In this document: positions 43,605 through 55,800 of the stretch, piece by piece
How the letters are laid out: every line of letters begins with the position of its first letter
Position numbering within the stretch: position 1 is the stretch's first letter
DNA from: an uncultured virus (IMG/VR IMGVR_UViG_3300030333_001711)
Lineage: Duplodnaviria > Heunggongvirae > Uroviricota > Caudoviricetes
Virus record (IMG/VR): IMGVR_UViG_3300030333_001711
Reading direction: 5' to 3' (one strand)
Length of the DNA stretch: 64,000 bases
The notes under the pieces: generated by a model
Told to the model about the DNA's origin: nothing
The model's input: only the letters and a program-made list of their open reading frames with translations
Database searches by the model: none
Position numbers and translations under genes: made by a program

Positions 43605-45140
43605 ATGGCATTACTTACCGATCAATTTAGAATTTTCACCGCTGAAAAATTCATCAAATCACTTGAGGGACCAGATTCGACTCAGAGTGACATCGTTGCG
43701 GGTGCAAATCGTGACCGTTTGTATGTTTTCATTGGTCGTCCTCAAGAATGGGATAACGAGAATAATCCTCCAACTCCTATAGACTCTTTCCAAGAGTTTT
43801 CAGACGCATATGACGATATGATTTCTATGAAGCGTGTCCTTGCTAGTGACGCTATTCAAGTTGTACGTCGTATTGACTGGATACCCCCAGAACAAACTAC
43901 TGGTGGTTTGGGTTATGTTTACGATATGTATCGTAACGACTATTCATCTAGTAAGACTGCTTCTAGTGGTGCTACTAAACTATATGATGCTGATTTCTAT
44001 GTTGTTAACAGTTCATATCAAGTTTACAAATGTATCTACAATGGAACGTCACCCTCTGATCCGAACGGTAAACCTAGTACGATCGAACCCACTGGCACTT
44101 CTACTTCTATTATCACCACTGCTGATGGTTATCGTTGGAAGTATATGTACACCATCCCAGTGGGGCAGGTTCTAAAATTCTTCTCAGCAGACTATATGCC
44201 TGTGTTAGTTGACACTGCTGTTCAGTCAGATGCTGTAGGAGGAGAAATTGATACTGTTGTTATTCAATCATCTGGATCTGGATATAACAATGGTACATAT
44301 GAAAACATCCCTCTAAGAGGAGATGGAACTGGTGGACGTATCTCTATCGTTGTAGATGGTGGTCGTATTGTTTCTGCAACAGTTACATCTGGAGGATCTA
44401 ATTATTCCTTCGGTAAGATCATTGTTGATGAAGTTAATGGTATTGGTTCTGGTACAGGATCTGGTGGTGCTATTGACGTTATTATTCCACCTAAAGGTGG
44501 TCACGGATCTACTCCTGCTATTGAGTTAGGTGGTTTCCGAGTTATGATTAACACCAAATTTACATACTCAGAGGGATCTGGAGACTTCCCTACTGATAAT
44601 GATTATCGTCGTATTGGTCTAGTTCTAAATCCATTTAAGTTTGGTACAGAAGAATTAGCAGATGCGATTACTTTGTCAGCATCAAACGCTGTAATATTTT
44701 CTCCTGATTTCACAGGATCATTTAATACTGATGAAATCATAACTCAAACTCGTACTGTGGGTGGACAACAAGTCACTGCTCGTGGTCGTGTAGTTTCTTG
44801 GAACTCCATAACTAAAGTTTTGAAATTTTATCAAAACAGAGTTGATGGTATATTCCCTGAGATTACTGGTAACAAAGTTGAGTTTTCTGGTGGTAACACC
44901 ATAGTTGGTTCGGGTTCTGGTACATCTGTTGACCCTGACATCAACTTCCCTGTAGTTCCTGGTGAAGCAACACGTGTTATAAACAACACAGAATATGATT
45001 TAGGTATGTCATTTACATCTGGTTACGCCAAACCAGAAGTGAAAAAGGACTCAGGAAAAGTGATCTACATAGACAATAGGAGAGCAATCTCAAGGGCGGG
45101 CGACCAAATTGAAGACATCAAAATCGTTGTAGAGTTCTAA
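43605..45140 (+). CDS. gp8: baseplate wedge protein gp8
   Basis: LYVFIGRPQEW, VVRRIDW, FYVVNSSYQVYKCIYN, DGYRWKYMYTI, IYIDNR..I.RA.DQ.EDIKIVVEF. Confidence 0.92.
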   Translation: MALLTDQFRIFTAEKFIKSLEGPDSTQSDIVAGANRDRLYVFIGRPQEWDNENNPPTPIDSFQEFSDAYDDMISMKRVLASDAIQVVRRIDWIPPEQTTGGLGYVYDMYRNDYSSSKTASSGATKLYDADFYVVNSSYQVYKCIYNGTSPSDPNGKPSTIEPTGTSTSIITTADGYRWKYMYTIPVGQVLKFFSADYMPVLVDTAVQSDAVGGEIDTVVIQSSGSGYNNGTYENIPLRGDGTGGRISIVVDGGRIVSATVTSGGSNYSFGKIIVDEVNGIGSGTGSGGAIDVIIPPKGGHGSTPAIELGGFRVMINTKFTYSEGSGDFPTDNDYRRIGLVLNPFKFGTEELADAITLSASNAVIFSPDFTGSFNTDEIITQTRTVGGQQVTARGRVVSWNSITKVLKFYQNRVDGIFPEITGNKVEFSGGNTIVGSGSGTSVDPDINFPVVPGEATRVINNTEYDLGMSFTSGYAKPEVKKDSGKVIYIDNRRAISRAGDQIEDIKIVVEF

Positions 45141-45143
45141 GAA

Positions 45144-48100
45144 ATGCCACAGAATACCAACCTCAATATCAGTCCTTATTACGACGACTTTAGTTCGGAT
45201 AATAACTTTTACAAAGTTTTATTCCGTCCTGGGTATCCAATACAGGCAAGAGAATTAACCACGCTTCAATCACTGATGCAAAATCAGGTTGAGTCGATGG
45301 GAACTCATATGTTCAAGGATGGTGCAATGGTCATCCCTGGACAAATAGGTTATGACTTAGATGCTAAAGCAGTATTGCTACAAGCAAGTTTCTTGGGAAC
45401 TAACGTAGAATTATATCGTTCACAATTAGAAGGAAGAATAGTTACAGGTCTAACAACTGGTATCAAAGCAAAAGTTATATTCTCTATATCAGCAACAGAA
45501 TCAGAACGTGGTTATATAACACTTTATCTAAAATATATTACATCTGGTGGAACAGACAGTAACACTAGAACTTTTACTGCTAATGAGCAGTTGGTTTGTG
45601 ATGCTGAACTTACTTTTGGATCTACTCTAATTGAAGTTGGCACACCTTTTGCACAATTATTACCAACGACTGCAACTGCTGTTGGTTCTACTGCTACTGT
45701 TGCTAATGGTGTATATTTTATACGTGGATATTTTGTTGATGTAAATGAGCAAACAATTATTCTTGATCAATATACAAACAATCCATCTTACAGAGTTGGT
45801 TTAGAAATATTTGAATCTATTGTAACTCCAGAAGATGATCCATCATTGAATGACAATGCTACTGGAACATCAAACTATTCTGCACCTGGAGCACATAGAT
45901 TTAGAATTCGTTGTTCATTAACTAAAAAAGTTATTGATGACGATACAGATAAAAACTTTGTAGAATTACTTCGTATTAATAATGCAAATGTAGAATCATT
46001 TGTAGATAGAACTCCATATAATGAAATAGCAAGAGAACTTGCTCGTCGTACATTTGACGAGTCAGGTGACTATACTGTTAGAGCATTTGATTTAAGAGTC
46101 AGAGAACATCAGAATGATGGTGAAAATAATGGTGTATATCTTCCAGGATCTACATCTCGTGGTAACGTAGCATCATCTCCTGCTTATTATGCTTTAGAAG
46201 TATCGCCAGGAAAAGCGTACGTCAGAGGATTTGAGATTGAAACCCTAGCACCTACTTTTGTAGATATAGCAAAACCAAGAGAAACAAAAGCATTACAGAA
46301 CTCAATCATTCCATTTGAACTCGGCAACTATATGCTGATGAATAATGTAAAAGGATCACCTATTATAAACGGTAATAATATATCATCAAACTATCAGGTT
46401 CTTGAATTTAGAGACACAGCCCCAGGTGGATCATTAACCGCATCTGGAGAAGTTATAGCATACGCACGTTGTGCTGCATATGAGTATCACAATGGAACAA
46501 CTGTAACATCAAGTTCTACAGTATTTAAAACATACATCTTTGATATTCAACCATTAACTACAGTTCAAATGTCTCAAGCAGTAACTGCGGGACAAGGTGC
46601 TGTTATTCGTGGTAGAACATCTAGAGCAAAAGCATTTGTTGTCGATGCTGTATCTGGACAAACTTTATTTAAAGTGTATCAAGTATTTGGTACATTCCGT
46701 GCAGGAGAAGTTATAGAGAAAGATGGTGTAGAAATAGGTACAATGGATGCTAATTTTGCTTTCCAGATAACAGACGCTAAAGGTGTAACAGGTAAAGATC
46801 CAGATACTAATGCTATTATATTTGCAGGTGATTTAGTTCTTGATAATGAAACTACTATTAGTGGTGTTAACTTTAATATTAATAACACTACCATAACAGG
46901 TACAAGTTCAAACTTTGCTCTTGATTTACGTCCAGGAGACGTTTTAACACCAAATGGAACAGATACTTATACTATTGATAGAATTTATCCTATAGGTGGA
47001 GGAACTATAACATCACCAATAACAAACTCTCTAACAGCAGCAGGTACTGCGAGTGGTTTATCTAATGGTGACTATTCATTTATGGTTCGTCGTAGAGCAC
47101 AAGTATATGATAAAGAAACTGCGGATCTTCTTATTGAGATGCCTAAAGATTCTATCAAGAGTATTACTGACGAATCAGCAATAGTTGCAAGAACATTTGA
47201 TGATATTACCGTTACAGGTTCTAATGACTTTACAATATCTCTTCCTGCTGATGAACAATTCCTTGCTTATGATAAAGATCATTATGCTTTAGTAGAACTA
47301 GCACCAACAGCAGGTACTTTAATTGATATTGAACCTAATCTAACATTTAACAGCACTGGTACTCCTAGAACATCTTTAACAGTTTCTGGTTTAACAGGTA
47401 TTACATCTTGTCGTTTAATTACTTCTGTATCTAAAAACCAAGCAGAGAAGAAGTTGAAGAACGCTACAGAAATGGAAGTAATGAAGATTGAGAAAACAAA
47501 TATATCTTCTGACGCTCCTAAGTATGGTCTTGCTTATGGTTCACTGTATGGTACACGAATTGAAGACGAAGAAATATCTCTGGGCTCTTCTGATGTTTAT
47601 AAAGTGCACGCAGTATATGAATCATTAGATGATAATTCTGCTAAAGTTCCTTTCATTACAATGCAGGATGCTACTATCTTCCAGAAAGGTACAATCATTG
47701 AAGGTGTAACATCTAAGGCAAAGGCAAGAGTTGTGAACTTTAACTCAGTGTCTTATGTTTGCCACTTTGTATATGAGAACGATAAGTTCTTCCAACTTGG
47801 TGAAAGTGTAACTGGTTTCAATGCAAACAACGTTGTAATTACTGGTATTATAAATGACGCTGATGGTTCTATAGATGATGGTAGTAAAAATATAACATCT
47901 TCATTCTTCCTTGATACTAACCAACAAGGACATTATTATGATATTTCAAAATTAGTTCGTTTTGCACAATCTACTAAACCATTAAGAAAACTTAAAGTTG
48001 TATTTAACAGGTTTGTTCACGAAGCAACTGGTGACTATTTTGCTGCTGAATCTTATGTTGGTGTAGATTATGATGATATTCCTGCATTCCATCAAGATGG

Positions 48101-51100
48101 TGTAAGCAAGCAACTTAGAGATGTTCTTGATTTCCGTCCAGGTGTAACTCCTGTATTATCAGGATCAGGAACCGTTGGTTCACCATACTTTGTAAACTGT
48201 GCATCATTAGACTTCAAAGACCGTAGTTTCGCATCAGGAGGCGTATCTAACAATGCTACTATTATCGATATTCCTAAACCAGAATCTGATTTCCGTTGTG
48301 ACTATGATTTCTATCTTGGCAGAGTAGATAAAGTATTCTTAACAGATCAACAAGAATTTAAAGTTGTTACAGGTATATCTGGAGAACAGCAAGAGATTCC
48401 TGCAAATATTGATAATGCAATGTTACTTGCAACAATGTTCCATAAACCATATGGTTACAGTCCTGCTGATGTAAGTATTGCTCGTGAGAATAATCGTAGA
48501 TTTACAATGCGTGATATTGGTGCAATAGAGAAACGTGTTGACCAATTAGAATATTATACTTCTCTTAATATGCTTGAGTTGGAAACTAATACACTACCTA
48601 TTAAAGATAGTGATGGTTTCGATAAATTCAAGAATGGTTTCTTAGTAGATAACTTTACAAGTTTCGATTCTGCTGATACTACCCACGAAGATTTTGGTGT
48701 ATCATTAGATTTCCAAGAAGGTGTATTACGTCCTTCACATTACACAACTAACGTATCCTTAGAATTTAGTACAACACAATCTACTGGTGTAACTCTTCAC
48801 GAAACAGGAACAGTTACTAGACCATATACAGAAACTAGATTCATTGTTCAACCATATGCTTCTAGAGTTGAGAATGTAAACCCATTTAACGTGTTTGCAT
48901 ATATTGGTAGATTAGATTTATTCCCATCATCAGATGACTGGGTAGATACACGTCGTGCTCCTGATCAAGTTGTAAATATTGAAGGTGACTTTAATGCCAC
49001 TTTGCTACGTTTAGGTGCTGATGCTAACAGTGGTTTTGCTCCTACACAATGGAATGCTTGGAGAACTAACTGGTCTGCAACTACAACTGCATCAAACACA
49101 GTGTTTATGCGTGGACCTGGTATTAGATTTATTACTACAACTACAACTAATACTACAAGTTCACAAACTAGATCTGGTTTAAGAACTCGTGTTGTTCCTA
49201 GAATTGACCGTCAGTCATTAGGTGATCGTGTTATTGAAAGAACTATTGTTCCATTTATTAGATCTAGAAATATTGCGTTTAAGATTCAACGTTTAAAACC
49301 TAACACAAGATTCTATTCTTTCATTGATAATGTAGATGTAAACTTCTACACATCACCAAAACTTCTTGAAGTTATCAAGAATACTGTTGAAGATATTCGT
49401 ACCAACGATACACCTTTTGTTGTTGGTGAAACAGTTGTTGGTCAGACATCAGGTTGTCGTTTAAAACTTGTTGATGCTAATGATGGTTTTACTGATGGTT
49501 TATCACCTTATGATCAAAGTGAATTACCATCATCTTACGCATCTACTACTCCATATCTGAACATTGATACTAGAACAATGTCAGACACAGTTATGGGTTC
49601 ATTCTATGGAAACCCATTAGAAGGTGAGATTCTTGTAGGTGCTACATCTGGTGCTCGTGCTGTTGTAAAACCAAAACGTATGGTCTCAAATACTAACGGT
49701 GATATGGAAGGAATTATGTGGATTCCTAATCCTGCTGTTAGCACCAACCCACGTTTTGCTACTGGTACTCGTGTTATACGTATGACTACATCACCAACTG
49801 ACTCTAGAGTTCCTGGTGAAGTTGATTCTGCTGCACAACATAACTACGTTGCTTCTGGTGTTATTGAAACTCAACAACAAACAATTCTTGCAGTTAGAAA
49901 TGCTGATCTTGTAAGAGATACAGTATCTCAAGATCGTACAGTTAATACTACAACAACAAGTGTTAGAGATACTGGATGGTATGACCCTCTTGCTCAATCA
50001 TTCTTAGTTGAATCTAAGGGTGGTGCGTTCTTAACAAGTATTGATCTATACTTTAGAACTCGTGATGAAAGAATTCCTGTATCAGTACAGATAAGAGAGA
50101 TGGCAAATGGTTATCCAACCACTAAAGTTCTTGCATTCTCTGATGTTACTTTACTTCCATCTGATATTAACTTATCTGAAAACGGTACTATTGCAACTAA
50201 ATTTACATTCCCATCACCTGTATATGTGACTGAGAATAGAGACTATTGTGCAGTTGTATTATCTGACTCTAATGAATATAAACTTTGGATCTCAAGAATG
50301 GGTGAAGATGATGTTACATCTGATAGAACCATATCTGAACAACCATATGCAGGTGTGTTATTCAAATCACAGAACGCATCTACTTGGACTGCCGATCAGT
50401 ATGAGGATCTTAAATTTGTATTATATAAAGCACAGTTTGATACTAGCGGATCAGGTCTTGCTTGGTTTAATAATGCAGAACTTGCAGAAGGTAACTTTGG
50501 TATATCAAGACTAAGATTAGATGCTATTGAGACTACAAAACCTGAGATTAAAGTAATACTTGCAGACCACGTTGCTAACTTTACAATCGGTGCTGAGATT
50601 ACACAGACTGATGTATCTCCTGCTCCATCTGCTATTGTTCGTGAAGTAGTTCAAGGTGTACAAGGATCATCTAACGCATACTTAATACTTGATGATGTTG
50701 TAGGAACATTTAGAGAAGGTGTTGCATCTGGTGCTAGTTACATCTATAGACTTGTATCTTCAAGATCTACTGGTACTATTACGTTGACTGGTGTAGCAGG
50801 AACATTTGCTACTGGTACAGCAATAACAAACGGTACTGGTGCATCTGCAATGGTTACTGATTGGAATGCAGGAACTGGAGTTGTTACAGTCAAATCAATT
50901 ACAGGAACATTTGCTGACGGAGATGCAATTACACAGGTAATTAACTCTGCTACTACTGGTTCTGGTACTATTGGAACAAGTGGAACATCATTTGGTGGAG
51001 ATGATATTAATGATTATCCATCTGCTCCTATATCTTACTTCAACCAAGCAACTGAAATTAAAGTTCGTCACGCAAATCATTGTATGCACGATGGTGCTAA

Positions 51101-52337
51101 CTCAGTACAACTTAGCGGTGTTAAGTCTGAAGTCCCACCAACATTATTAGATTCTGCATATCATACAAATGGTATTACAGCAAGTGATGGTGTAACAGGT
51201 TCATTCCAATTACACGTTATAGATGGTAGTGCATTCCATACTATTATTAATGGTGCTGTAGTAAGTACATCTAACAAAGGATTTATTCTTATTCGTGATC
51301 CAGAAATTCCTACTCAGCATTTTGAGATTATTGAATATACTGGTATTTCTGGTGACGGTAAGATCTTTACTTTACCATCTGGTTCTCGTGGACAAGCAGG
51401 AACTGCTGCATTAGCACATAGTGCTAATAGTATTGTTGAATGTTATAACCTTGATGGTATTCCATTAACGGAAGTTAATAAATTACACACTGCTATTGGT
51501 GAACCTACTCTTGATACATATAAACTTGCGGTTACATCTGTTTCTACAGCAGGAATTGTAAGTGGTGGACACGAGATAGTTGCTACACAAAACATACAGT
51601 TTGATCAGGTTTATCCTCAAATTCAATCTACTGTATATCCAGAAACTGAAGTTGTACCTAGACTTAATGCAGTATCTGGTACATCAATCCAAGATGGTAA
51701 TAATGTTACTGAAGCATCATTTATTAATGATGGCATCTACTACGATATGATTGCTAATGAAGATAATTATCTTGATAAACCTAAGTTAGTTTGTTCACAA
51801 GTAAATGAAGATGCTAAACTTTCTGGTTCTAAGTCATTGAACGTTCAAATGGTAATGACAACATTCAATGCTAATATTTCACCTGTAATTGATACAGATC
51901 GTTGTTCTTTAATTACAACTATGAACAGGGTTAATGACCTTGCGATTGGTAGTAATGATGCAGAGAAACCTACTGGTGATCTTGATACAGCGGTTTATGT
52001 AACTAAAGTGATGAACCTACTGAATCCTGCTAACTCATTGAAAGTTAGGTTTGAAGGATGGAGACATCCTAGCACAGAAATTAAGGTTATGTATAAGATT
52101 CTCCCTGTTGGAACATCAATCCCAATGAGTGAAATAGGATATACATACTTTAATGGTAATGGTCTTGAAGATAAATCAATCCAAAAGACTGAGAGTCTTC
52201 TTTACAGAGACTTTGAGTACACCTTTGAGGGAACTGAATTTACCATAGCACAGGTTAAAATTATTCTTACTTCGTCTAACCAGTGCTTTGTACCACAAGT
52301 TAAAAACCTTAGAGTCCTTGCATTAAGCGATTTATAA
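45144..52337 (+). CDS. large virion protein, VrlC/DUF4815-like
   Basis: NLNISPYYDDF...FYKVLFRPG.PIQARELT.LQS; MRDIG.IEKR...LEYYTSL; DPLAQSF; LFKSQNASTWT. Confidence 0.85.
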   Translation: MPQNTNLNISPYYDDFSSDNNFYKVLFRPGYPIQARELTTLQSLMQNQVESMGTHMFKDGAMVIPGQIGYDLDAKAVLLQASFLGTNVELYRSQLEGRIVTGLTTGIKAKVIFSISATESERGYITLYLKYITSGGTDSNTRTFTANEQLVCDAELTFGSTLIEVGTPFAQLLPTTATAVGSTATVANGVYFIRGYFVDVNEQTIILDQYTNNPSYRVGLEIFESIVTPEDDPSLNDNATGTSNYSAPGAHRFRIRCSLTKKVIDDDTDKNFVELLRINNANVESFVDRTPYNEIARELARRTFDESGDYTVRAFDLRVREHQNDGENNGVYLPGSTSRGNVASSPAYYALEVSPGKAYVRGFEIETLAPTFVDIAKPRETKALQNSIIPFELGNYMLMNNVKGSPIINGNNISSNYQVLEFRDTAPGGSLTASGEVIAYARCAAYEYHNGTTVTSSSTVFKTYIFDIQPLTTVQMSQAVTAGQGAVIRGRTSRAKAFVVDAVSGQTLFKVYQVFGTFRAGEVIEKDGVEIGTMDANFAFQITDAKGVTGKDPDTNAIIFAGDLVLDNETTISGVNFNINNTTITGTSSNFALDLRPGDVLTPNGTDTYTIDRIYPIGGGTITSPITNSLTAAGTASGLSNGDYSFMVRRRAQVYDKETADLLIEMPKDSIKSITDESAIVARTFDDITVTGSNDFTISLPADEQFLAYDKDHYALVELAPTAGTLIDIEPNLTFNSTGTPRTSLTVSGLTGITSCRLITSVSKNQAEKKLKNATEMEVMKIEKTNISSDAPKYGLAYGSLYGTRIEDEEISLGSSDVYKVHAVYESLDDNSAKVPFITMQDATIFQKGTIIEGVTSKAKARVVNFNSVSYVCHFVYENDKFFQLGESVTGFNANNVVITGIINDADGSIDDGSKNITSSFFLDTNQQGHYYDISKLVRFAQSTKPLRKLKVVFNRFVHEATGDYFAAESYVGVDYDDIPAFHQDGVSKQLRDVLDFRPGVTPVLSGSGTVGSPYFVNCASLDFKDRSFASGGVSNNATIIDIPKPESDFRCDYDFYLGRVDKVFLTDQQEFKVVTGISGEQQEIPANIDNAMLLATMFHKPYGYSPADVSIARENNRRFTMRDIGAIEKRVDQLEYYTSLNMLELETNTLPIKDSDGFDKFKNGFLVDNFTSFDSADTTHEDFGVSLDFQEGVLRPSHYTTNVSLEFSTTQSTGVTLHETGTVTRPYTETRFIVQPYASRVENVNPFNVFAYIGRLDLFPSSDDWVDTRRAPDQVVNIEGDFNATLLRLGADANSGFAPTQWNAWRTNWSATTTASNTVFMRGPGIRFITTTTTNTTSSQTRSGLRTRVVPRIDRQSLGDRVIERTIVPFIRSRNIAFKIQRLKPNTRFYSFIDNVDVNFYTSPKLLEVIKNTVEDIRTNDTPFVVGETVVGQTSGCRLKLVDANDGFTDGLSPYDQSELPSSYASTTPYLNIDTRTMSDTVMGSFYGNPLEGEILVGATSGARAVVKPKRMVSNTNGDMEGIMWIPNPAVSTNPRFATGTRVIRMTTSPTDSRVPGEVDSAAQHNYVASGVIETQQQTILAVRNADLVRDTVSQDRTVNTTTTSVRDTGWYDPLAQSFLVESKGGAFLTSIDLYFRTRDERIPVSVQIREMANGYPTTKVLAFSDVTLLPSDINLSENGTIATKFTFPSPVYVTENRDYCAVVLSDSNEYKLWISRMGEDDVTSDRTISEQPYAGVLFKSQNASTWTADQYEDLKFVLYKAQFDTSGSGLAWFNNAELAEGNFGISRLRLDAIETTKPEIKVILADHVANFTIGAEITQTDVSPAPSAIVREVVQGVQGSSNAYLILDDVVGTFREGVASGASYIYRLVSSRSTGTITLTGVAGTFATGTAITNGTGASAMVTDWNAGTGVVTVKSITGTFADGDAITQVINSATTGSGTIGTSGTSFGGDDINDYPSAPISYFNQATEIKVRHANHCMHDGANSVQLSGVKSEVPPTLLDSAYHTNGITASDGVTGSFQLHVIDGSAFHTIINGAVVSTSNKGFILIRDPEIPTQHFEIIEYTGISGDGKIFTLPSGSRGQAGTAALAHSANSIVECYNLDGIPLTEVNKLHTAIGEPTLDTYKLAVTSVSTAGIVSGGHEIVATQNIQFDQVYPQIQSTVYPETEVVPRLNAVSGTSIQDGNNVTEASFINDGIYYDMIANEDNYLDKPKLVCSQVNEDAKLSGSKSLNVQMVMTTFNANISPVIDTDRCSLITTMNRVNDLAIGSNDAEKPTGDLDTAVYVTKVMNLLNPANSLKVRFEGWRHPSTEIKVMYKILPVGTSIPMSEIGYTYFNGNGLEDKSIQKTESLLYRDFEYTFEGTEFTIAQVKIILTSSNQCFVPQVKNLRVLALSDL

Positions 52338-52558
52338 TGAAACCAAGATACCAAGAGGTTAGAGGACACCCTAATTTAGTTCGAGATACCTCTTCTGGTG
52401 CTGTGCTAAATATTAATGCAACTAGCGGTAGTGCAGCAAAAAAACGTAAGAAAAAAGAGAAGGAAGTTTCCGACTTACAAACTGACGTTTCTGTGCTAAA
52501 ATCTGAATTGACCGAGATCAAATCTCTACTAAAATCATTCCTGGAGAAACAACAATGA
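52337..52558 (+). CDS. small conserved hypothetical protein
   Basis: V.GHPNLVRD.SSGAVLN plus coiled-coil tail. Confidence 0.8.
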   Translation: MKPRYQEVRGHPNLVRDTSSGAVLNINATSGSAAKKRKKKEKEVSDLQTDVSVLKSELTEIKSLLKSFLEKQQ

Positions 52559-52758
52559 CTGTAGACACACCTGAGACAATGGACGAGAAAGAACTTCTCG
52601 ACGATTTTAAAAGCAGGTACACAAAACTACGTGATGAAAACCAACAACTCGTAGCAAAGGTAAAAGAAAATGAGACTCAAATGCTCAAATTACAAGGTGC
52701 TATTGAGACTCTAGAATACCTAAAAACTAATACGGTAGACGAAGTAATTGCAGAATAA
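52555..52758 (+). CDS. small coiled-coil protein
   Basis: Contains KLQGAIETLEYL; GGAG upstream. Confidence 0.75.
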   Translation: MTVDTPETMDEKELLDDFKSRYTKLRDENQQLVAKVKENETQMLKLQGAIETLEYLKTNTVDEVIAE

Positions 52759-52763
52759 TCGTT

Positions 52764-52789
52764 AGGGACCGTCGGTCCCTTTCTATTTT
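52764..52789 (+). terminator. intrinsic terminator
   Basis: AGGGACC-gtc-GGTCCCT plus T-rich tail. Confidence 0.75.
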
Positions 52790-52792
52790 GCT

Positions 52793-52800
52793 TATAAATA
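52793..52800 (+). promoter_or_regulatory. T4-type late promoter
   Basis: Perfect TATAAATA upstream of the tail fibre gene. Confidence 0.8.
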
Positions 52801-52830
52801 TCAAAGAGGCGATAGTGTCCTTAATAAACA

Positions 52831-55800
52831 ATGGCAAATAGACTCCAATTAAGACGTGATGGTGCTCAACAGTGGGCAAACATCAACCCTATACTTGCTC
52901 AAGGTGAACTGGGAATCGAGATCGATACTTCACGTATCAAGATCGGAGACGGTGTTACACCTTGGAACTCTCTGCGTTATGAGAGACCGATAGAAACTGA
53001 ATCAAATGCTGCTAACACTCTTGTTAAACGAGATGCTGACGGTAACTTTGAAGCGGGTGCTATTAGTGCGACTTTAATTGGAAATGCTTCTACTTCTACG
53101 AGACTTGCATCTGCAAGACAAATTCAGTTAACTGGTTCTATAACTGGATCTGGATCTTTTGACGGTTCGTCAAACTTGAACCTTGCCACAAACTTAGAAT
53201 TAGTTACATCTCTTCCACATTATAATCCTAATGATCCTGATGCAACTGCTCTATATTCTAGAGTTCAAGTTGACTCAAGAGGTAGGGTTGTTGGTGCTAG
53301 TTTGGCATCTACTCTTGCAGAGTATGGTATTACTGACGCACAAGGATTAGATAGTGACTTAACAGCATTAGCAAACTTAACTACCTTTGGTTTATTAACT
53401 AGAACTGCTACAGGACAGATTACAACTAGAAACCTAACTGGTGGTGCAGGTAGAGTTATATTTACTACACCTGATGGTGTAGCATCCAACCCATTTATTG
53501 ACCTTGCTGATACTGCGGTTGTTGTGGGTTCATATAACGTTGAATCATTAACATCTGTATCTACTAACGGTGCTAATGGTGAACCATTCGGAACAGAAAC
53601 TGTAAACGCATCTAAGTTTTCCGTTGATAGATATGGAAGAATTACACAAGCAACCAATGTACCGATTGCCACTGCAACTGAAGGTTCAAAGTATGCAACC
53701 TATAATGCAGGTTCAACATATAATAGATACGATATTATTGAGAATGCAAGCAAAGTATATCAGGCGATAACAAATATTGGTGCAGGACAAGGAGCACCTA
53801 CTCATACAAGTGGTGATGTAAGTAATTGGAGATACCTCGCTGCTGCTGCTACAGAACAAAAAGGTTTAGCATCATTTGCTCAAGAAGATTTTGATGTAGA
53901 TGCAAATGGTCACGTTACTATTGCACCACTTGCAGTTGATAACACTCAGATGCAAAACACTAGAGTGGGATTTGCTGATGGTAATAATATAGAAACTTTT
54001 GAGTTAGATCAAGAATTAACAGCGACAACTGGATATAGAGGATTTAATTATCTTAATTATGTTACTGTAAATGATACCAGTGGAAACTTATTATTTACTG
54101 CTAACAATGTAGATAATACTGGTGCGGGTGGAGTAGACATTAACGTTGATACTCATATTAGTGGTGCACTTATAAAACTTGACAGACCTGGAAACACACC
54201 TCTACAAACAATAGAACGTTCAGCAGGTTCTCTTTTAATTCATCATAACGTAAACTCTTCTGTAAATAGAACTCTTGACATTACCTCAAATAATGCAGGA
54301 TCAGGAACAGCAAAGATAAACGTAACATCAGATGATGGTATTGTTATCACAGCAACTAATGTTGCTTCAAAAGTTCAAGTAGAAGATTTCTACTTACAGC
54401 AGAATACTATCGGAACCAGTGATGCCACTATGGTATTAGATCCAGGTGACGATGATGCTGCAACAGGTTTAGTACAAGTACGTGGTAATCTACAAGTAGA
54501 CGGAACTACAACCACAGTAAATAGTACAACAATATCGGTAGATGACCCCATCATTACTCTTGGTGGAGACACTGCCCCCGTTGCTGACGATAATAAAGAT
54601 CGTGGTGTTGAGATTAAATACTACGATAGTCAGGCACGTGTTGGATTCTTTGGTTGGGATGAAGACTATACTAATGCAAATATCTGGACAGGCACAGGTG
54701 GGTATAGATTCCTTTATAATGCAACTAATACCTCAGAAGTATTTTCTGGAACTGATGCTCCTTTAATAGCAGGTAACTTAGCACTTACAACTAATACAGG
54801 TTCTACATCAACAACTACAGGTACTTTAGTAGTAACTGGTGGTTTCGGACTTTCCGAGAACGCACATATTGGTGGAACTGTTACTATTGCAGGTCAATCA
54901 GAAATCAACAATAATGTAATTATCAAAGCAGATAATAAAGAGTTTGCAATACAAACTGCTGCGGGTGTAGATAAGTTTACTGTTGATACTGATAATGGCA
55001 ATACTATTATTGAAGGTACATTAGATGTTCAGTTAGAAACTGAGATCACAGACAATCTAATTGTTACTGCCGATGCAAAAGAATTCAAAATACGCACTGC
55101 TAGTAATGTTGATAAGTTTACGGTTGACACTGATAACGGTAATACAGTTATCGAAGGAACACTCAACACGAAACAAGCAGTAGACTTTGATCAAACTCTA
55201 AATGTAGATGGTGACGTTACTCTTAATGCAACACTTGATGTTGATGACGATGTAACTCTTCATAATGACTTCTTAATGGATACTACTGGTAAGACATTTA
55301 CTCTTACTAATGGTAGTACACAAAAATTTCAAATCAGTACCACAAATGGTAATACAGATATAGAAGGAACTCTAAATTTAGGTAACTTCTTCCATCACGA
55401 GGATACTGACACACCAACTATAGGTACTAATGCTCAAGACGATTTCATCATATCTAGTGGAGATTACGGGTCTTTCCGTTTTGATGGTGGTGGTTACATT
55501 GAAGGTGACACTCTGTTTAACTCAGATCTATACATTAATGGTGCTATTAACCAAAAAGACTTAGGAACAACAGAAACATTCAGTACACAAAACTACTTAC
55601 GTGTAAGATATAAATTACGTGCAGGATCAACAGTTGCTTATACACCTTCATACGCTACAGATAATAATTCAAACTTAAGAGTTTATGGTGGTGCAGGTAT
55701 CGCTACTGACCTTCATATTGGTGATGATCTCTATATCGGTAAACTTAACTCTGGAGATACAACAGAATTTACAGTTCTTGGAGAATCTGGTAATACAACA

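Noticed and set aside
52831..53000. Mtd-like N-terminus suggesting a diversity-generating retroelement
   Set aside because: No reverse transcriptase and no TR/VR pair differing only at adenines was seen; this N-terminal domain is common on tail fibres
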